64,000 bases of DNA from Candidatus Latescibacterota bacterium (GTDB taxonomy: Bacteria > Latescibacterota > UBA2968 > UBA8231): assembly GCA_965203355.1 (NCBI GenBank), contig OZ241889.1:1120001-1184000 (forward strand). The letters run 5' to 3'. Positions within the stretch are counted from its first letter, which is position 1; every line of letters begins with the position of its first letter. A program made the position numbers and the translations under genes. The notes beneath the pieces are model-generated. The model saw nothing but the letters and a program-made list of their open reading frames with translations, ran no database searches and had not been told where the DNA came from. This document shows, piece after piece, positions 1 through 9,529 of the stretch.

Positions 1-1470
1 TGGGGACAGGTGGACCTGCGGATTTCCGACGACGAGACGCCGAGCACGTCTCTGGTGCTGTCGGTGACGCCAAGTACGCTCAGCGAGTCGGCGGAATTGA
101 CGGAAGTAATGGTCATGGCCGCGCTGGACGGCAAGCCGCTGGCCGAGGATGCCACCGCGACCGTCTCGATTGATGAGGTAGCTTCGAGCGCCCTGCGCGA
201 CACCGACTACTCGGCACTATTCGATCCGATCATCACCATTGCCGCCGGTTCGATTATGGGTTCGACGCGCCTGTTGGTCGATCCGACAGCCGACGGTATG
301 GCCGAAGGCGACGAGACGATCATCCTCAACGCGATGCTGCCGGGCTTGACTTCGGGTTCGGCGACACTGGTGCTGACCGACATGGATAGCGGCATGATGG
401 ACGGCGATGAGGATATGACGATCTCCTTGGCGTTCGTCGAGGGCACTTCGGTCGCCGCACACACCTACACGGCGGGCACGGCGATTACGCCGTTGGTCCT
501 GCCGATGGCGATGGGCGGCGAGGGCTCCATCACGTACAGCGTGTCGGGGCTGCCAGCGGGGCTGTCGTTTGACGCGGCCACCCGGACGATTTCGGGTACG
601 CCGGACGCGGCGACCGATGGTGCCGTTGAAGTCACCTACACGGCGACGGCTGGCGCCGAAAGCGTCTCGCTGACGTTCGCGATCACAATCAACGCGATGC
701 TGGATTTTGTCGACCTCGATTCGTTGTTCGGTCGGTTCAACAGCGGGGCCGGCAAATCGGTGCCGCTGCGGGCCGGGCTGAATGCGGATGCGCGGCTGTA
801 TCTGGATGCGCCGACAGCCCTGCCGAGCGTAGGCGAAGAGTTCGTCGTCAATGTGCGACTGACCGACTTCGTGGCGGTCAAGGGCTACGGCTTGCAGGTG
901 GCGTATGACGCCGACCAGCTAACCTTCGTCGAGGCGCGGACCGATCAGCCGCTGGGCGGGAGCGCGTTTGCTACGCCGCAGGTGCTGGCCGATCAGGCTG
1001 GCGTGTTGACGGTAGCCGCCCACGGTGACGTCGTTTCCGACGGCGAGTTGATGTTGCGCTTGGTCTTCCGGCCGACGACCGAGATCGAGCACACGACCCT
1101 CGAAATCACCGACAACCGGACCTGGGACCAGGCGTTGGGCTTCAACCGCTTGGCATTGCCCGCGCCAGTGTCGTTACAGACGCGCCCAGCCGTGTTCTCG
1201 CTGGCAGCCAACTATCCGAACCCGTTCAATCCGCAGACGACGATTCAGTATGCGTTGCCGCAGGCGGTGGACGTGGGGCTGACGGTGTATAACGTGTTGG
1301 GTCAGCCGGTGCGGACGCTGGTCGCCGAGCATCAGGCGGCGGGTCGCTACGCGGTGGAGTGGGACGCGACCAACGACCGCGGCCAGAGCGTGTCGTCGGG
1401 GATGTACTTCTACCGCTTGCAGGCGGGCGGTGATTTCCTCGCGGTCCAGAAGATGCTGCTGCTCAAGTAA
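1..1470 (+). CDS. Large surface/secreted protein, 5' end outside the window: Calx-beta-like repeat, putative Ig domain, cohesin-like domain, FlgD-Ig/T9SS-type C-terminal sorting domain
   Basis: Frame open from base 1. Motifs RDTDY, LPAGLSFDAATRTISGTP and NYPNPFNPQTTIQY...SSGMYFYRLQAG...KMLLLK. Near-identical to the C-terminal part of 26261..30565. Confidence 0.85.
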   Translation, partial: WGQVDLRISDDETPSTSLVLSVTPSTLSESAELTEVMVMAALDGKPLAEDATATVSIDEVASSALRDTDYSALFDPIITIAAGSIMGSTRLLVDPTADGMAEGDETIILNAMLPGLTSGSATLVLTDMDSGMMDGDEDMTISLAFVEGTSVAAHTYTAGTAITPLVLPMAMGGEGSITYSVSGLPAGLSFDAATRTISGTPDAATDGAVEVTYTATAGAESVSLTFAITINAMLDFVDLDSLFGRFNSGAGKSVPLRAGLNADARLYLDAPTALPSVGEEFVVNVRLTDFVAVKGYGLQVAYDADQLTFVEARTDQPLGGSAFATPQVLADQAGVLTVAAHGDVVSDGELMLRLVFRPTTEIEHTTLEITDNRTWDQALGFNRLALPAPVSLQTRPAVFSLAANYPNPFNPQTTIQYALPQAVDVGLTVYNVLGQPVRTLVAEHQAAGRYAVEWDATNDRGQSVSSGMYFYRLQAGGDFLAVQKMLLLK

Positions 1471-1677
1471 CACACGCGACACCGCGTACAGCGAGTTACG
1501 GAAATGGGACCCTGATGTTCGGGGTCCCATTTTCTTTTTCTTTATGAACGTCCGATCGACAGCTTACAGGCCCGCTTGCAGGTCGGCGAAGCGTTCCTCG
1601 CCGTCAAGATGCTGCTACTGCTCAAGTAGCACCCACGACACCGCGAATCACGAAAATGGGACCTCAATTTCTGGGAT
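1413..1677 (+). repeat. Tandem unit of ~159 bp (gene 3' end + stop + hairpin + linker), 2 copies
   Basis: ccgcttgcagg...ctgctcaagta(a/g)...aaatgggacc occurs twice, with stops at 1468-1470 and 1627-1629. Confidence 0.9.
1502..1543 (+). terminator. Intrinsic terminator
   Basis: aaatgggaccc/gggtcccattt stem followed by a T-rich tract. Confidence 0.75.
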
Positions 1678-2023
1678 GTCCATGTCGGCAACTACCCTGC
1701 ACCGCCAAAGCGGGATTAGACCAAATCATTCGGTCGCGGTGCGTTTTCGGTCGGGCTTGGGGTGCCGGGGTTCAGGCGGAGCCGGGGCGACCCGTTCAAC
1801 GGGAGTAAAGCTAAATTTCAAAATGTGCCACTATCTGATTCCGGCCCGCCTCGATCTAGCTTTCGACCCTCGAGTCGCCGCCTTCTTCGGCGTTTTCTTG
1901 GGGCGTACTCACAAGCCGCCGCCGCGTCAGGACGACTAAGAGGAGGCCCGCCGCCTGCCCCAGGCTTCAAAAGAGATGCGCCGGTGAGGCGAGGTTTTCG
2001 CGGAACCTCATAGCGCGATTGCC

Positions 2024-2674
2024 TCAGCGGCTGGCCCAGAGCATGCCGCGCCGCTGGATCTCGCGCGCTTCGGGCACGTCGAAGTCCCGCGCCACGTGAC
2101 CCAGCGACGAGTAGAACACTCGACCCGCTCCCCACCTGCGCTTCCACACCACCGGCATGACGGTTCCGTTCACCCAAGGCGCACTTTGACGCCCTTCTAG
2201 GGTTGTCGTGGCCAGCACCTGATTGCTTGGGTCCGTGTGCATGTAGTACTGTTCGGAGCGCATCTGAAAGTCGTCGAGACCGGCGACAATGGGGTCGTCT
2301 GGGGCCGCGATGTTGACCGCGTAGTCGATGATGCCGTCGGGATGGGCGACAAACTGGCCGCCGACCATGAACTGATAGGTGGTATTGTTGCGGAACGAAT
2401 CGGCCATGCCGCCGTGCCAGCCAGCCACGCCGCTTCCGCGCTCAACGGCCGCGAGCAGCCCTTGCTCCTGCTCGCCTTCGATCTGGCCCATCGTCCACGT
2501 TGGCACCACCAGATCCTGCTCGGCCATGAGATCGCGATCTTTGTAGGTGTCGAGGGTATCCGAAATGGTTACTGCGAACCCTTCTGCTTCTAAAATGGGT
2601 GCGAAAATATCGACGCACTGCTTGGGCTCGTGCCCTTCCCAGCCGCCCCAAACCACGATTGCTTTTTTGCCCAT
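2024..2674 (-). CDS. ThuA (trehalose utilisation) domain protein
   Basis: [21 protein letters not shown] and [10 protein letters not shown] motifs. Confidence 0.85.
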   Translation of the reverse strand: MGKKAIVVWGGWEGHEPKQCVDIFAPILEAEGFAVTISDTLDTYKDRDLMAEQDLVVPTWTMGQIEGEQEQGLLAAVERGSGVAGWHGGMADSFRNNTTYQFMVGGQFVAHPDGIIDYAVNIAAPDDPIVAGLDDFQMRSEQYYMHTDPSNQVLATTTLEGRQSAPWVNGTVMPVVWKRRWGAGRVFYSSLGHVARDFDVPEAREIQRRGMLWASR

Positions 2675-2689
2675 GACGCTCCTTTTGGG

Positions 2690-3445
2690 TTATCTGGCGC
2701 CGCGCGCCAGCTCGTTGCCAACGAGGTATTGATAGCTTTTTTCTACGGCTTCCATCATGTCGGTCGCACAGCGGTCCAACTCGACGACCAGCCAGTCGCA
2801 GGTGCCGTGGCTGGCCGCGATAATGGACGGGATGTCCATAGTGCCTTCGCCGACGGCGAGCATGTCTTGCGCGGGGTCGCACGGGCCGTCCTTGATGTGC
2901 AAAATCGGCACTCGCTCGCCCAGTTTCTCGACGACCTGCACCGAGTCGCCGCCGCCGGTATTGACCCAATAGGTATCGACCTGAAAGAAGATGGACTCGT
3001 CGAGCGCTTCGACTAAGTACTCGAAGCCCGGACGCCCTTCTACTTCTTGGAACTCCCACCAGTGGTTGTGCAGGCCCAACTCCAAGCCGTTTTCGGCGGC
3101 GATCTCGGCCGCTTGGTTCCAGCGGCTACACAGCGCCTTGAGCGCGTCTGCGCTGGCGAAGGCCTCACGCGGCGTGGAACTCACCACGCGGGTGGCTTCC
3201 AACTCGTGGGCTAGTTTGATGACTTGGTTTTTTTGCTTGCCCAAGGGTAGTTGCGTATGCACGCTGCACACGTCTAACCCGAGATCGGCAAATAGGTCGC
3301 TGGCTTCATCTACACTGATGCCGGGGAATCCAGCCGTCTCAACGCCCACGTACCCTATCTCGGCAATCCGGGTGACCACGGACTTGAAGTTTTGCGCGAG
3401 CGCGTCGCGGACCGTGTAGAGTTGCAGCGCTATGGGGGCAGTCAT
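2690..3445 (-). CDS. Sugar phosphate isomerase/epimerase (xylose isomerase-like TIM barrel)
   Basis: LQLYTVR, HNHWWEF, QVDTYW, HIKD and VELD motifs. Start moved to the ATG after the aaggaag RBS. Confidence 0.85.
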   Translation of the reverse strand: MTAPIALQLYTVRDALAQNFKSVVTRIAEIGYVGVETAGFPGISVDEASDLFADLGLDVCSVHTQLPLGKQKNQVIKLAHELEATRVVSSTPREAFASADALKALCSRWNQAAEIAAENGLELGLHNHWWEFQEVEGRPGFEYLVEALDESIFFQVDTYWVNTGGGDSVQVVEKLGERVPILHIKDGPCDPAQDMLAVGEGTMDIPSIIAASHGTCDWLVVELDRCATDMMEAVEKSYQYLVGNELARGAR

Positions 3446-3660
3446 TGCTTCCTTCCTTGTGGGGTGAGGGATGTGAAAGTTAAAGCGATAGCTAAGGCGG
3501 GCGGGCAAATGGTCAGGCCTCGAGAGGCGATGGGTAACGTTAGATAATTAAATTAAAAAAAAAAACTAAGCGGATGGGCAAATCAATTTCTGATTACACC
3601 GCACTTGTTGCGCCGTTTGTGCGCTCCTACATTAGCCGCTCCAACTAAGGAGCAACGCCA

Positions 3661-4734
3661 ATGAGCATCCAACATAAAGTGCGCCTCGGGTTTATCGGCG
3701 CTGGCTGGTGGGCCACTAGCAACCACATGCCCGTTTTTGCCGCCCGCGACGACGTCGAACTGACGGGCGTGTGCCGATTGGGCCGAGCCGAGCTGGAAAA
3801 GGTGCGCGATCACTTCGGATTCGCGTTTGCCACCGAGGACTACCGCGCGTTATTGGCCCAGTGCGAACTCGACGGAGTAGTAGTGGCCTCGCCGCACCCC
3901 CTGCACTACGAACACGCCCGCGCCGCCTTGGAGGCGGGCCTGCACGTGATGTGCGAAAAGCCGCTGACCACCCGTGCGGCCCATGCGCGCGAATTGGTGC
4001 GCCTCGCGGCCGAGCGGGACCGCCATTTGCTCGTGCCCTACGGCTGGCACCACAAGCCTTTTATCCAGCGGGCCAAGGCGCTGATGGACGAGCAAGCCAT
4101 CGGCGCGGTCGAATTCGCGCTCTGCCACATGGCCTCGCCGATCCGCGCCCTGCTTTCGGGGGCGGAGGTCGATGTCTCCGACATTTCTGGACAGGACAGC
4201 GCCAGCCTCTTTGGCCCCACACCTTCTACGTGGGCCGATCCCGCCATGGCCGACGGCGGCTACGCCCACGCGCAAATATCGCATTCCTCGGGGCTGCTGT
4301 TTTGGCTGTCCGGGTTGCGCGCCGAGCGCGTCTTTGCCGCCATGAGCGCGCCCGGGGCTGAGGTCGAGTTGTACGATGCGCTGACCGTGCGCTTTACTTC
4401 GGGAGCCATCGGCGCGGTCAGCGGCGCGGGCACTGTGCCCACAGACCAGACCTTTCAGGTTGATGTGCGCCTGTTCGGCTCGGAGGGGATGCTGCTCGTT
4501 GATTGCGAACGCGCGCGCATGCACTTGCGCCGCCACGACGGCCAACACGTCGTCGCGGAAGTCGCCGAGGACGCGGGCTCCTACGAGTGCGATGGTCCGC
4601 CCAACAACTTTGCCGACTTGATCTTGGGCAAAACCGACGTGAACTGGACCCCGGGCGAAGCGGCCATGCGCGGGGTGGAGATGCTCGACGCCGCGTACCG
4701 CTCAGCCGCTTCGGGCCAAGAAGAGCAGGTGTAA
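3661..4734 (+). CDS. Gfo/Idh/MocA family oxidoreductase
   Basis: GFIGAG Rossmann motif, HVMCEKP, aaggag RBS. Confidence 0.9.
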   Translation: MSIQHKVRLGFIGAGWWATSNHMPVFAARDDVELTGVCRLGRAELEKVRDHFGFAFATEDYRALLAQCELDGVVVASPHPLHYEHARAALEAGLHVMCEKPLTTRAAHARELVRLAAERDRHLLVPYGWHHKPFIQRAKALMDEQAIGAVEFALCHMASPIRALLSGAEVDVSDISGQDSASLFGPTPSTWADPAMADGGYAHAQISHSSGLLFWLSGLRAERVFAAMSAPGAEVELYDALTVRFTSGAIGAVSGAGTVPTDQTFQVDVRLFGSEGMLLVDCERARMHLRRHDGQHVVAEVAEDAGSYECDGPPNNFADLILGKTDVNWTPGEAAMRGVEMLDAAYRSAASGQEEQV

Positions 4735-4758
4735 CATCGGTCCTTCTCGCCGGCGGTA

Positions 4759-5664
4759 ATGGCCTTTCTGCTCGACGTCATTGCCCCGCTTTTCCTGCTA
4801 ATCGGCTGCGGCTATCTGTTAGGACGGCGGCGCTCTGTTGACCCGGCTTCTTTGGCCGATGTGGCCATTTACATCTGCCTACCCTTCTTGATGTTTGCGG
4901 CGCTGGTGCGCCATCCGGTCACCGGCGCAGCGGCCGTCCAGGCCTTCGCTTGGCAGGTTGGGATGTACGCGGTCAGCATACCCGTCATCGCGCTCGTCGC
5001 GCATCTCGTCGGCTGGGACAAACCCACGCGCAGCGCGGTCACCCTCTCCTTGCCCACGGTCAACATCGCCTCGTATGGCGTGCCTGTGGTGCTCTTCGCA
5101 TTTGGCGACGAGGCCCTGGCGATCGTCATGCTGCTTTTTGTGTACGGCAATGTTATGGCCGCGTCGCTGGGCACCTACATTGCCGCGGGCGGGCGGCAAA
5201 GTCCGCTGCAAGCGTTCAAGAGCATTTTCAGGCTGCCGCTGATTTATGCTGCGGCCTTGGCCTTAGCCATCAATGCCCTCGCCGTGCCGGTCCCGGTTTC
5301 CATGCTCGTCGCCGCCGATCTGATCGGCAAAGCCGGCCCGATCCTCGCTATCATCCTTCTCGGGGTGCAAGTCTCGCACATCCCCCTCCGCGGCCGCCGC
5401 TCGGCGGCTCTGTACGGCGGCATTGGGGCCAAGGTTCTGCTGGGGCCGGCGATTGGCATCGGCCTGACGCTGCTCATCGGGGCGCAAGGTGCGGTGCGCG
5501 ACGTGCTGCTGCTGTGTTCCTGCCTACCTACGGCCATCAACGCCCTCATCCTCACGGTGCGCTTTGACGCGCGCCCTGATCTGCTCGGCGGCATTCTCAT
5601 CGGCTCGACTTTGTGGAGCCCGCTCGGGCTGTCGATGCTGCTCTATTGGATCGGTGGTCAGTAG
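4759..5664 (+). CDS. AEC (auxin efflux carrier) family transporter
   Basis: Many TM helices, N..YG.P and LPTAIN motifs. Confidence 0.8.
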   Translation: MAFLLDVIAPLFLLIGCGYLLGRRRSVDPASLADVAIYICLPFLMFAALVRHPVTGAAAVQAFAWQVGMYAVSIPVIALVAHLVGWDKPTRSAVTLSLPTVNIASYGVPVVLFAFGDEALAIVMLLFVYGNVMAASLGTYIAAGGRQSPLQAFKSIFRLPLIYAAALALAINALAVPVPVSMLVAADLIGKAGPILAIILLGVQVSHIPLRGRRSAALYGGIGAKVLLGPAIGIGLTLLIGAQGAVRDVLLLCSCLPTAINALILTVRFDARPDLLGGILIGSTLWSPLGLSMLLYWIGGQ

Positions 5665-5790
5665 CCAGTGGTCAGTGGTCAGTAGCCAGTGGTCAGTGGT
5701 CAGTGGTCAGTAGCCAGTCCCCCGATCTCTTCTGGGGGTGGATTGGGACAGGCCACCGGCCAGTGGTCACTGACCACTGAAGGCCACTGA
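5654..5790. repeat. Heptamer short tandem repeat (CAGTGGT/CAGTAGC) with an inverted arm
   Basis: About 9 direct units at 5654-5718 and inverted cactgaccactga units to 5790. It supplies the AEC stop codon. Confidence 0.9.
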
Positions 5791-5902
5791 CGAAAAAATT
5801 TTCGCATCCCCTTGACACTGTTTTACGCCCTCTCGTTTCTAGATTTATAGGGCACACGACAGGCTCCACGACGCTTTTAAGAGCGCCTACAGGAGAATGA
5901 AA

Positions 5903-6052
5903 ATGATAGGTATACATCGCTTCGACATGTGCGGGAGGCCGAGCATAGCTGCCGGGGGAATTCTAGATGGTGGAGGCACCTATCTAACTGCCGCTGTGCC
6001 GCTCAAAAACATCCTATTCGCGCCGAGAGGACGGGGTTGTAGCCCCGACTGA
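5903..6052 (+). CDS. Putative 49-aa small ORF or leader peptide (MIGIHRFDMC...RGRGCSPD)
   Basis: AGGAG RBS 7 nt upstream and a terminator downstream. No recognisable family. Confidence 0.35.
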   Translation: MIGIHRFDMCGRPSIAAGGILDGGGTYLTAAVPLKNILFAPRGRGCSPD

Positions 6053-6081
6053 GGCTCGCCTTTGCGAGAAACTCAACATGG

Positions 6082-6126
6082 CAAGAGGCCGCGGCGCGAA
6101 AGACAATGCGCTGCGGCCTTTTTTTG
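6082..6126 (+). terminator. Intrinsic terminator
   Basis: aggccgcggcgc/gcgctgcggcct stem plus a T run. Confidence 0.75.
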
Positions 6127-6436
6127 TGAAAAATGCTTGACATTGTATCGGGATTATGCTGAACTTTTGTTCAGGTAAAAAGCGATAAACAGAACCATGA
6201 AGACCAACGAAAAAACACGACACAGCAACACCGTCCCTTGGGCTTTTGCCCACGGCGGTGCCAAAATGCGCGTTGCGACCAGGGCCGGCCGGGTCATCGA
6301 CGTGCGACAGCGCTTCGCCGCTTTGCGGCGCGGCTTAGATAGCGGGGCGTTGCCGCCCACCCCGGGCGGACGGCAGCGGGTCTGCGCGACATTCACCCAG
6401 CCAACCAAGGACCTCATCGCAAGGAGCAATTACACT

Positions 6437-6529
6437 ATGCGACGCGAGATCATCAACCAAGGGCTGATGTACGTAATCATCAGTCTCTTTGTATTCGCGA
6501 TGATGCCGCTCCTGCGCTTCCTCAGCTAA
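6437..6529 (+). CDS. Putative 30-aa single-TM peptide MRREIINQGLMYVIISLFVFAMMPLLRFLS
   Basis: aaggag RBS, hydrophobic core, downstream hairpin at about 6560-6595. Confidence 0.45.
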   Translation: MRREIINQGLMYVIISLFVFAMMPLLRFLS

Positions 6530-6633
6530 TGGCTCTTTGACGCGCAGCGGCATTGCGAAACGGCCTGGGGCAGCGGCAGCGACCGCTACCCCAGGAACAT
6601 CAACCCCCTCGACTTAGGACACAGAGAAACAAC

Positions 6634-9111
6634 ATGCAAAGCTACCAGAAAAACAACGTACGAAACCGCAATACAAACGCGTGTTCTCGGCTGCTTAACT
6701 GGCTGTATTGCTTGGCATCGGTGGCCTATGCGGTTCTCGGCCCCCGCGTGCTGTACGCCCATCAAGCGCCGGACCGCACGCTAGACGCCGTGCGTACCGA
6801 AGGCCTCCGCCCGCAGATCGACGGCGTACTCGACGATTCGGTGTGGCAACAGGCTCCGATTTTTACGGGTTTCGTCCAGCGCGAGCCCGAGGAAGGGCAG
6901 CCAGCCAGCGAAAGGACCACTGTACAGTTGGCGTACGACGACGAGGCACTCTACGTGGGGATCATGGCCTACGATTCAACGCCCGAGCAGATCGTCTCGC
7001 GCTTGGTCCGCCGCGACCAGTGGACCGAAGCCGATTGGCTCCAAGTCAGCTTGGACACCCATCACGATCACCAGACGGGCTACGCCTTTATCGTGTACGC
7101 TGGCGGGTCGATCTACGACGCTGTAATCAAGGACTATGGCTGGGACAACGACACGTGGAATGGCGTGTGGGAGTCCGCGCACGTCATCGGCGCAGAGGGA
7201 TGGAGCGTGGAGTTTGCCATTCCGTTCCACAACCTCCGCTTTAGCCAAGGCGGGGGCTGGGGCATCAACGTAGCCCGCTACATCAGCCGCAAGAAGGAAC
7301 AGGCTTTCTGGGTCATGGTCCCGCGCAAGGAGAGCGGCTCGGTCTCGCGCTTTGCCCACTTAGAGGGCTTGGCGAATATCGAATCTAAGCGCGTACTGGA
7401 GCTTTTGCCCTACTCGGTGGGCCGCTCCACCGTGGCGGATGCGCACGAATTATTCGGCAATGTCGGGGCCGACTTGCGTTATGGGCTGTCGTCGAACATC
7501 TCGCTCAACGCCACGATCAACCCGGATTTCGGCCAAGTGGAAGCCGACCCGGCCGAACTCAATCTCTCGGTCTTTGAGACGTTCCAAGAAGAGCGCCGCC
7601 CCTTCTTCGTGGAGGATGGCGAGGCGTTCGACACGCCCATCAACCTGTTCTACTCGCGGCGCATCGGTCGCCAGCCCGGCTATCGCGAACTGCCCGATGG
7701 CCACGACAAAATCGGCGAGAGCGAACCCACCACCATTCTGGGCGCGGCCAAGCTAACGGGCAAGACCGCGGCCAAGACCACCTTTGGCCTGCTGACGGCG
7801 CTGACGGCTCAAGAGTACGCGCGGATTGAGACGACCTTGGTGCGCGAGGGGTCCGGCGAAAAGTACCAAGAGCGCCGCGACTTTCTCGTTGAGCCGCGCA
7901 CTCACTTTCTCGTCGGCCGCGTCAAACAAGATCTATTTGCTGGCAACTCGCACGTCGGCCTTTTGGGCACGGCTGTGCAGCGCGACCGCGCGCAAGACGC
8001 CTATACCGGCGGCGTGGACTGGACCCTCAAGTGGCGCGACAACGGGTACACCTTTTGGGGCCAACTCGCTGGCAGCCGCGCCACAGTGGATGACCAACGC
8101 CGCAGCGGTTTGGGCAATATGGCGGTCTTGAGCAAAAACAGCGGCTGGTTGCGCGGCGAGCTTTGGTGGGAGGCCTATTCGCGACATTTCGAGATCGACG
8201 ACCTCGGCTTCCAATGGCGCAGCGACTTTTACAATCCTTGGCTCTGGATCCAGCTGCGCAAGGAAGAAGACTGGGCCATTTTCCGCCGCAATTTCTACAA
8301 CTTCAACCGCTGGGGCACGTGGAACTTCGACCGCACCAACCTGCAAAACGGCTTTGACTTCAACACGCACCACCAGTTCAAAAACTACTGGTGGGTCCAC
8401 TTCGACTACTACCACATGTGGCGGTCCTTCGACGATCTGGACACGCGCGGTGGTCCCCCCATCGCGCGGCCGGCCAGCGATGGCTTTGAGATTGAGTTGG
8501 AAAGCGATGACCGCTTCATGGTCAGTGGTTGGGTTGAGTTTGAATGGGAGGACAACTCGGTCGGCAGCACCCGCCGCGAAGTTTCCGGCCGCATCCGCGT
8601 CCGGCCGACCTCGCGGTTCGAGATCAGTCTGCGGCCGCGCTATAGTTGGAATTTCAACCATGCCCAATGGGTCGAAAACTTCGACGTGGACGCCGACGGC
8701 GAAGACGATCAATTCGTGTACGGAGAATTAGACAGCCAAACCCTCGACCTGACGACGCGGGCTAACATTCTCTTCAGCCGCGACTTGAGCTTGGAGGTCT
8801 ATCTCCAGCCTTTTATTAGCGCGGGCCAATACGCCAACTTCAAGGCGTTAGCGCGGCCGCGCTCCTACTCGTTTGTCGCGCATCCCGGCCCCGAGGAAAA
8901 CCCCGATTTCCGCAACCGCTCGCTGCAAAGCAATGTCGTCCTGCGCTGGGAGTACAAGCCGGGCAGCACGCTTTTCGTGGTCTGGTCGCAGTTCCGCGAC
9001 GACGAGTCCGATTTGGGCGCATTTCGCCCCGGGTACAATCTGCGGCGCAGCTTTTTGGACGATGGGACCAACATCTTCTTGGCGAAGCTCAACTACTGGC
9101 TGAATATTTAG
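6634..9111 (+). CDS. Carbohydrate-binding family 9-like / DUF5916 outer-membrane protein
   Basis: IDGVLDD..W, YDDEALY, NPDFGQVEAD, EERRPFF and LFYSRRIG motifs. Beta-barrel-like C-terminus. Confidence 0.8.
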   Translation: MQSYQKNNVRNRNTNACSRLLNWLYCLASVAYAVLGPRVLYAHQAPDRTLDAVRTEGLRPQIDGVLDDSVWQQAPIFTGFVQREPEEGQPASERTTVQLAYDDEALYVGIMAYDSTPEQIVSRLVRRDQWTEADWLQVSLDTHHDHQTGYAFIVYAGGSIYDAVIKDYGWDNDTWNGVWESAHVIGAEGWSVEFAIPFHNLRFSQGGGWGINVARYISRKKEQAFWVMVPRKESGSVSRFAHLEGLANIESKRVLELLPYSVGRSTVADAHELFGNVGADLRYGLSSNISLNATINPDFGQVEADPAELNLSVFETFQEERRPFFVEDGEAFDTPINLFYSRRIGRQPGYRELPDGHDKIGESEPTTILGAAKLTGKTAAKTTFGLLTALTAQEYARIETTLVREGSGEKYQERRDFLVEPRTHFLVGRVKQDLFAGNSHVGLLGTAVQRDRAQDAYTGGVDWTLKWRDNGYTFWGQLAGSRATVDDQRRSGLGNMAVLSKNSGWLRGELWWEAYSRHFEIDDLGFQWRSDFYNPWLWIQLRKEEDWAIFRRNFYNFNRWGTWNFDRTNLQNGFDFNTHHQFKNYWWVHFDYYHMWRSFDDLDTRGGPPIARPASDGFEIELESDDRFMVSGWVEFEWEDNSVGSTRREVSGRIRVRPTSRFEISLRPRYSWNFNHAQWVENFDVDADGEDDQFVYGELDSQTLDLTTRANILFSRDLSLEVYLQPFISAGQYANFKALARPRSYSFVAHPGPEENPDFRNRSLQSNVVLRWEYKPGSTLFVVWSQFRDDESDLGAFRPGYNLRRSFLDDGTNIFLAKLNYWLNI

Positions 9112-9194
9112 GGCGGGGATGTGGCGGCCTTGTCGTGCCGAGAAATGAGTGTGGCACAACATACAAGCCCTTTTTGCGCCGCCAACGCATCTAA

Positions 9195-9337
9195 GAAGCG
9201 TTTTTAAAATTCTCGTTGGACTCCTTCAACGGGCCGTCGAGAGGTTCCTGGAGCGGGCGTTTTCCACGGGCGAGATTCCATTGCTACTAGGCTTTTTGGG
9301 GTTCAAAAAACAATAAGAATAATTTTAAAAAGGCTTC
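9195..9337. mobile_element. MITE copy 1 (TIR GAAGC[G/C]TTTTTAAAA, TAA target duplication)
   Basis: taa-gaagcgtttttaaaa...ttttaaaaaggcttc-taa. Related copies at 9341, 23175 and 44152. Confidence 0.75.
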
Positions 9338-9340
9338 TAA

Positions 9341-9453
9341 GAAGCGTTTTTAAAACTCTCGTCGCCCGCTGCAAAGGCGGTCGGGCGTTTTCCGCGGGCG
9401 ATAGATTGTTTTATTAACGCAAAGGGCCATAAGAGGAATCTTAAAAACGCTTC
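9341..9453. mobile_element. MITE copy 2, tandem with copy 1 and sharing a TAA
   Basis: gaagcgtttttaa...ttaaaaacgcttc-taa. Confidence 0.75.
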
Positions 9454-9529
9454 TAAAACCTTGTGTCCATGGCCCGCGTCGCGTCGTGCGGTTTTGAGAG
9501 CGACCGCAAAATGCAGATATTGTACCGCC

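Noticed and set aside
1690-2020. ncRNA or IS end in the intergenic region
   Set aside because: Some hairpins are present, but no recognisable RNA family motif, partner TIR or second copy.
3555-3565. Poly-A tract between divergent genes
   Set aside because: It lies in an ordinary AT-rich promoter region, with no evidence for a switching role.
5925-6025. 6S RNA call
   Set aside because: Only loose motif similarity, and I could not build the long rod with a central bubble. Kept only as an sRNA candidate.
6046-6075. Hammerhead ribozyme core (ctgagg-stem-aaac)
   Set aside because: It does not match CUGANGA...GAAA, and stems I and III were not found.
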